Shown here: piece after piece, positions 58,601 to 64,000 of the stretch
Layout of the letters: each line of letters begins with the position of its first letter
Position numbering within the stretch: the first letter of the stretch is position 1
Origin: Tubiluchus corallicola
Lineage: Eukaryota > Animalia > Priapulida
Direction: 5' to 3'
Assembly: GCA_030141605.1 (NCBI GenBank)
Contig: JAQGDQ010000352.1
Location: 62,001 to 126,000, forward strand
Length of the DNA stretch: 64,000 nt
Program-made: the position numbers and the translations under genes
Notes under the pieces: generated by a model
The model's database searches: none
Seen by the model: only the letters and a program-made list of their open reading frames with translations
Told to the model about the DNA's origin: nothing

Positions 58601-60290
58601 AAGGCCTCATTAGTAGATAAGTAAGAATAATCAATAGAATTAATCTGTGCGTGCAGTTCATTTAAAAAGGCAGAGGAATTAAAGTTAGTTTTATCTCTAA
58701 TTGTAATTTTAGTTTTCTGTTTAGTCAGATTAGCATTTTTGACAATTGCGAAAATAGGCAAGTGGTCCGCCACTTCATAAGTTATAATACCCGATACAAT
58801 AGGATTAATCAGATCATTAGTATAGATATGGTCTATTAGGGTACTAGAGTTTTTTGATATTCTTGTTGGTCTTGTAATTAGAGGAACAAATTGAGTAGAA
58901 AATAATACATTTAAGTAATTAGAAATATATGATATGCTCTCGAACTGTAGTAAATTTAAATTAATGTCACCACATAATGTAAGCTATAGTACCAGATTGT
59001 TGAATAGCAGTTAATAGACGGTCCATTTCCTCTATAAAATGTGTAACAGGTGTATTTGGATGTCTATATATAAGGCCAAATAATATACTCTTCGAATTGT
59101 TTAGTGTTGATACGCGGATCCAGAGATCTTCTAAATTAATTTTTGAGATTTCAGTTGATACTTTGCCGTGCCTGTTTACTTTGGTTATTTCTTTTTCAGT
59201 CACTATTTTATATGAATTATTTATAGAGTAGTTTAAATTATCTCTAATATAGACACCGATGCCACCAGCAATGGACTTAGAATTAATACTCAGAAAAACG
59301 TAGTTGCTCAAGTTGCACATAAATGATGAATTATCTTTCAACCTAATCTCGGAGAGGGCGATGATTTCGGGCGGTTGAGGGAAAGTACTGAGGATGTCAG
59401 TCATGTTACCAAAATGTTTTTGCAAACTACTTACATCAAAGTGAACTATTGGTAAATCCGAAGTATTTTTGTTATAATTAGCAGTTGATTTGAGAGTATT
59501 TAGATTAACATACTTACTATCGTAGTTGTCTGGGTCATATCCCATAATTATCTGGGTCATTTGGATCCCACCTGTTAGTTGATAGCGAAGAGCACTCAGA
59601 CAAGACAGTGACAGAGAGTTAGTTAAAGGAGAAGTCACAGAAAACAAATCATCAATTTCGTCATCTTCACAGCTCTGAAAAGGAAAAATAGACTTTATAC
59701 ATGAAATACAGTAATAGGGGTCATTACTAGAACCTAGTTGTAAAAATTGTTCCATAGTCAAACAACAACACTTATAATGTGACCAAAGATTGCAGCAATT
59801 ACACAGTATACAATACTGGTTTGATTTACATTGTTTAGTGCAGACAGAACAAGGAAAACGGATCATTAATAGCAATATTTGAATATGAAGTTAAGCAATT
59901 AAGGAGATAAATAAAAAATACCATAGTCAAAGCTATAATACAAAAATATAATAGGTTTATAAGAACTCGTACCTATATTATGATATTACAGAAATTTTCT
60001 TGGCTAAGTTATCACTGATTACACATCAATATATCCCTTTCAGAATTCACTCTCACAGCTTGAGTATTTTCCGCTTTTCTTATGTAAATTTGCCCTTGGT
60101 TTGTCCATAAGAACTTGAAATTATTATTTCGTTTCGCTTCTAGGCATTTGTTGAATAATATTTTCCTGTTCTTTGTTAAGTGTTCATTGACATAAACTTT
60201 GCCATTTCCATTGTATCCTAAATCCTTTAGTGTGGGGGTATTTGTTCTCCCCTTGTACACCAAGTCTCTTGACGTACACACGTGCACATG
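55608..60290 (-). mobile_element. Near-intact, 5'-truncated two-ORF LINE of the CR1/L2/Crack group
   Basis: ORF1 C-terminus 60012-60296; ORF2 with PHD finger, APE and RT in three long segments; ~940-bp 3'UTR with stem-loop 55745-55794, AATAAA and (TCTATG)n tail. Confidence 0.93.
56549..59875 (-). pseudogene. LINE ORF2 (PHD - APE endonuclease - reverse transcriptase), frameshifted near 58975 and 57000
   Basis: CSVC..CILCNCCNLWSHYKC..YYCISC (PHD); IALSE, YRHP, CGDINLN, IDHIYT, DHLPIF (APE); FLDLSKAFDTV, GVPQGSTLGPL, LFADD, YLGV (RT). Confidence 0.9.
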
Positions 60291-60296
60291 CATCAA
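60012..60296 (-). pseudogene. LINE ORF1 C-terminal remnant (FP-protein-like C-terminal domain)
   Basis: KVYVNEHLT...FKFLWTNQGQIYIRK is typical of Crack/L2-group ORF1 C-termini; lies just upstream of ORF2. Confidence 0.75.
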
Positions 60297-61958
60297 ATTT
60301 CAGTTTTCACACATTCTGCAACTTTACAGGTAAGCTTACAAATAACCTGGCTTCCTTTGCAATCAGTAACAGCCACAGCACAAATAGTGGTACTACTCTC
60401 AATTATACAGTAAAGCCAGTAAGGTCACAAGTCTCACGATGCATATTGCACTAAATGACTCTACAATTATTGATAAGTGAGTACTTTTTTCATGTGTACA
60501 AAAGAACATACATGCATTTATATATACATAAAAACATAGTAAACAGCAATAGCAGCATAAGATAGCTCAGTACCAAAAAATTTGGGAGGTGTTCAGCTTT
60601 TGCATTGTTACCACTCTAGTGATGTTGTACACCTGGCAGCTTAGTCTCGCCTGGCCAGGTTTCAGGGTAGTTGAAAAGCGCCCAAAGGTCAAATACTGGT
60701 CAAGTTCGGTTTCTCTTGATGACTCGGCGTGTAGTGTGGTCGTATTCATTGTGGATAAAGCGTTACTTAATTTAAGTTTCGACCTATATTATAAAGGGAA
60801 CGTTGTGTGAATGTTTACAATTGTTGAAAAATACCTGACCTGTCTTTGGATACGTCAAGCCAAATAAAAAACCCAAAAAATTAAGTTCCAAAACGAATTT
60901 TCCATCATTTGTGTCTTCCAAGATCCATAACGGAACGTGTTTCGGGTAGCTGCTGCCATCTACAGCCAAAGAATGCAATAATGGCAATCACAGTGCTGGC
61001 AGGATTATTACTGTAGTTCAAAACCAACTTTGACTACATTGTGTAATACATTATGGAAAATATAGTCTGAAGCAGTATTCTCACAAATAACGAACAGAAA
61101 TTAAGGTGATTAACAAATTGGTAAAATATGCAAGAGTTAAATAAAAAAGTGCAAAACTCAGGCTTCCAAAACAAAGTTTTAATATCAACCAAAGCATTAA
61201 GCTACAAATAGATGGCAATCACATGAATCATGTCTATATTAAAGGCTGTCTTTTAACCTATTGTACAAAAAATAATTTACAGCCAATTATAATTTATACT
61301 CACTGAAGCTTATCATGCAATACTGGAAAATGAAGCAAAATAAAATAAAAAATAATAAAGAAAGCTGAAACCAGTAAAAATGCTCCAAGAGCCTACAGCA
61401 GTGGAGAGTGTGCCAGTATTAATTAGTAACCTAGTAATAAATCCTACTATTTAATGCACAAATACATAACACAAAGTTAAAGTTAGAAACTTTATTTTTA
61501 AGAGTAAAACTGACAGAGTATCAAAAATAAAATTCTTTATTTATACTGATTCAAATCTTCAGAGACAAATGAAAAACACATATTGGACAGATGTATCCAA
61601 TAAAATTTCACTCATAACACATTTCTTCCACACATTAATAGTAACATTATATCTCTCAATCAGCTTAACAAGTGAAATGAAAAACAAACAAAATAAAACT
61701 GACAAACAAATAACTACATATAAGTAAGGTATCAAAATCGTTTGATAATTTTGTATTACAAATAGCACTGTAATAATGCTGCATCAATATTTTGCGTATC
61801 AAGTCTAAAAAAATAAAAGCTGCAAGTTCCTGGTAAAACCTTTCCACTTTCATTAATTACCCACTTTATACCACCATTTGCTGTCATTGTCAAACAGAAT
61901 GCAACTTACAGCAAAAAGTCAAGATTTTTGAATTGTGTTTGGCAACATCAGTTGTGCT

Positions 61959-63880
61959 TTAACTTTTTATCGTTTTTCCCCACCGACAATTTTCTTTTGA
62001 AAAGTCCAAAGAACTTGTTAGTTCCTTGTTAACAAACTTATGAAAAGATTCCAATGGACAGAGTTTCTGCTTCGTTAAATCATTAATGCAAAATTTTAAC
62101 TTCTCCGTCAGATTGTTACCATTAGTGATGATACGGATGAAAAATTGTCCATCTTTCTGTAACAGCTCAATAACAATACGCGTGGCATATCCCGGCCTGA
62201 CTCCATCGAATATCCCTAGCGCTGTAAGAAACAGTGTAATGGTAACATCGTGACCAGAGTACACCACGACCTTGTACTGTCCTGCTCCTGTCCGGTAACT
62301 TTCCATCCTCTGCGAAATTTCTCGAAACAGTCCGTAAAGTTTGTATGCCGCGTAATTCGGAAAGGTGTCTCCATTAAGCGCATTTTTGTTCTCTTGAGTC
62401 TGGAACTTGAGCAGTCGGTCGAGGTCGTATTCGGTTGCACATTTTCCATTGCTGCATGGTAGATCTGCACCATGGCAATAGTAACCCATCATTACATCGA
62501 TTAAGCCCAACACGCTAGCAGGATCAGCTAGGCCAAAAATATGTGAAAGCCTCTTTACGAGATTGTACGCCTCCTTGTTCGCATGTAGCCGCTTCCGTTT
62601 CTCTGACTTGTGCAGTGCCTTGTATCGCTCTGCAGCAGCGCAAGTGCACTCCGGTCCGCCCGTCTGGCAGAAGCTCTTTTCCGATGCAGTAACTTTAGTA
62701 ACATCGACTCCCGGCAGAAAAGTGTGCATGAGAGCAATGACACTCTGAAAGGTTCGCTGTGTTTTTGTTGTTTTCAACAAAACAGCTTGCATGCCTTTCC
62801 CTTTTAAATTCAACTTCTCGTAGTACCGCTTGTGGAAGAAAGCTCCATTTCTTAAATGCTGTAAGATACCGATATAAGTCAGTTTCATGGATTTGCACTC
62901 AGCTGACGATGGCACAAAACCAAATTTGTGAAATTCACGCATACCAGACGGCATCTTAACAACTTTCATTTGTTCCACATACTTTTCGAGTAACTGGTAA
63001 GATTCTTCCGCTGGATTCACATCGCACACAATTTTACCAGCTTTCCGGCCAAGCCCCACAGATCCACGGTCACCATGACGAATGAGAATGTGCACAGTCT
63101 CTAGTGTATAGCCATCCAGAATCTCTCCTATGAAAACGAAAGAAGCAACGTAAATATAAAAAATTTCTGGCAAAGAAATGCGAGAATCTATTTCGGCAAA
63201 TTAAATACCTCAATGCTATCTAACAAGATCTGCCTAGCACAATCACATCAGTCTCACATCATTATGAAAGTTTGTGGTAATGTCCAAAGCATATTGTTTA
63301 AACAGTAGATGAAAATATAAACCTGTGCAAAAATCATACTCTCTAAAAAGGACACACGTCATATAAGCTTTAACAAACGCAACAAGTTTAAGTGAACTAA
63401 GGTATTAAAAACTGGCCATTAATGCAATGAAAAATGCAGAAGCAAAATCAGCAGAACCCCAATGTGGGGGCTCTAAGACTACTTGCATAGTTGCTGGCAG
63501 GCTTGGGTCGGTCCACACATTATGCAGGAAATGTTTGCAGCTTTTAGCAAAGTATACCACAAGTTGAAGGTGAGACCATTATCACCGAGAAGTTAGTCAT
63601 TTCAGTTACTTCATTAAATTCCTTTAAAAGCATAGCAGTGCTAGTCTTAATTTTAAGAACTAATCATGTACAATGCAATTCCAAAAGCAGCTTTTATCTG
63701 AAAGCCAGATGGCCTGTTTCAAGCAAATAAAAATAATGTTTTACATGTAAAAATATATTTATTACCTACCTTCACTTCCAGAAATTGGCATATTGACAAA
63801 GTTGCAGTATTGATCAGCCATACTTGAAGACATGAAAATTTCTGCGGTTTTTAAGAAAGCCACATTGTCGCCTTCTCTAC
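61959..63880 (-). CDS. PXYLP1: 2-phosphoxylose phosphatase 1-like histidine acid phosphatase, paralog B (first coding exon outside window)
   Basis: Exons 63770-63880 (MADQYCNF...GSEG) and 61959-63127 (HILIRHGDRGS, RTFQS, YCHGADLPC, YSGHDVT, CPL, LDFSKENC); same intron position and phase as paralog A. Confidence 0.88.
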
Positions 63881-64000
63881 CTAAAATAGACAACACTACG
63901 AGTTACCAGACAGAAGCAGAAGTGATCTCAAACAATACATGCATACATGCAATGGTTGATTACAACTTTGATGTTTTTTAAAAGTTGCGTTATTTCCCTA

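Noticed and set aside
55580-60312. Target-site duplication around the large LINE (acatgcat...ttcacac at both ends)
   Set aside because: Similarity is gapped and imperfect, unconvincing for so young an element
60567-60987. Short ORFs between the PXYLP1 paralogs
   Set aside because: No homology or consistent exon chain; better explained as promoter or 5'UTR sequence

Overview
AT-rich, intron-rich invertebrate animal genomic DNA; the exact taxon cannot be read from the sequence. Genes: (1) the probable last coding bases of an unidentified + strand gene (1-141); (2) a complete 28-coding-exon long-tailed class I myosin (MYO1E/F-type, about 1110 aa by my exon sum) on the - strand, 35552 to 2229; (3) a head-to-head SCO1/2 copper chaperone (+, 43316-48064); (4) two tandem PXYLP1/ACPL2-like histidine acid phosphatases (-), the second running off the window end. 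Introns and spacers hold a near-intact PHD-APE-RT LINE (CR1/L2/Crack group), a decayed CR1, Rex1/Babar, RTEX and hAT fragments, MITEs, a foldback element and several minisatellites. The most unusual structures are inside the myosin gene. An 86-nt coding exon is exactly duplicated, and the extra copy sits in the loop of a perfect 221-bp inverted repeat. A 36-bp minisatellite multiplies an authentic splice donor ten times, with a stop codon in the first intronic copy. There is also a U12-type intron, and elsewhere an ORF-less RTE-like leader with twister/HDV ribozyme-like motifs between 62-bp direct repeats. All coordinates were read by eye and may be off by a few bases; no database searches were run.
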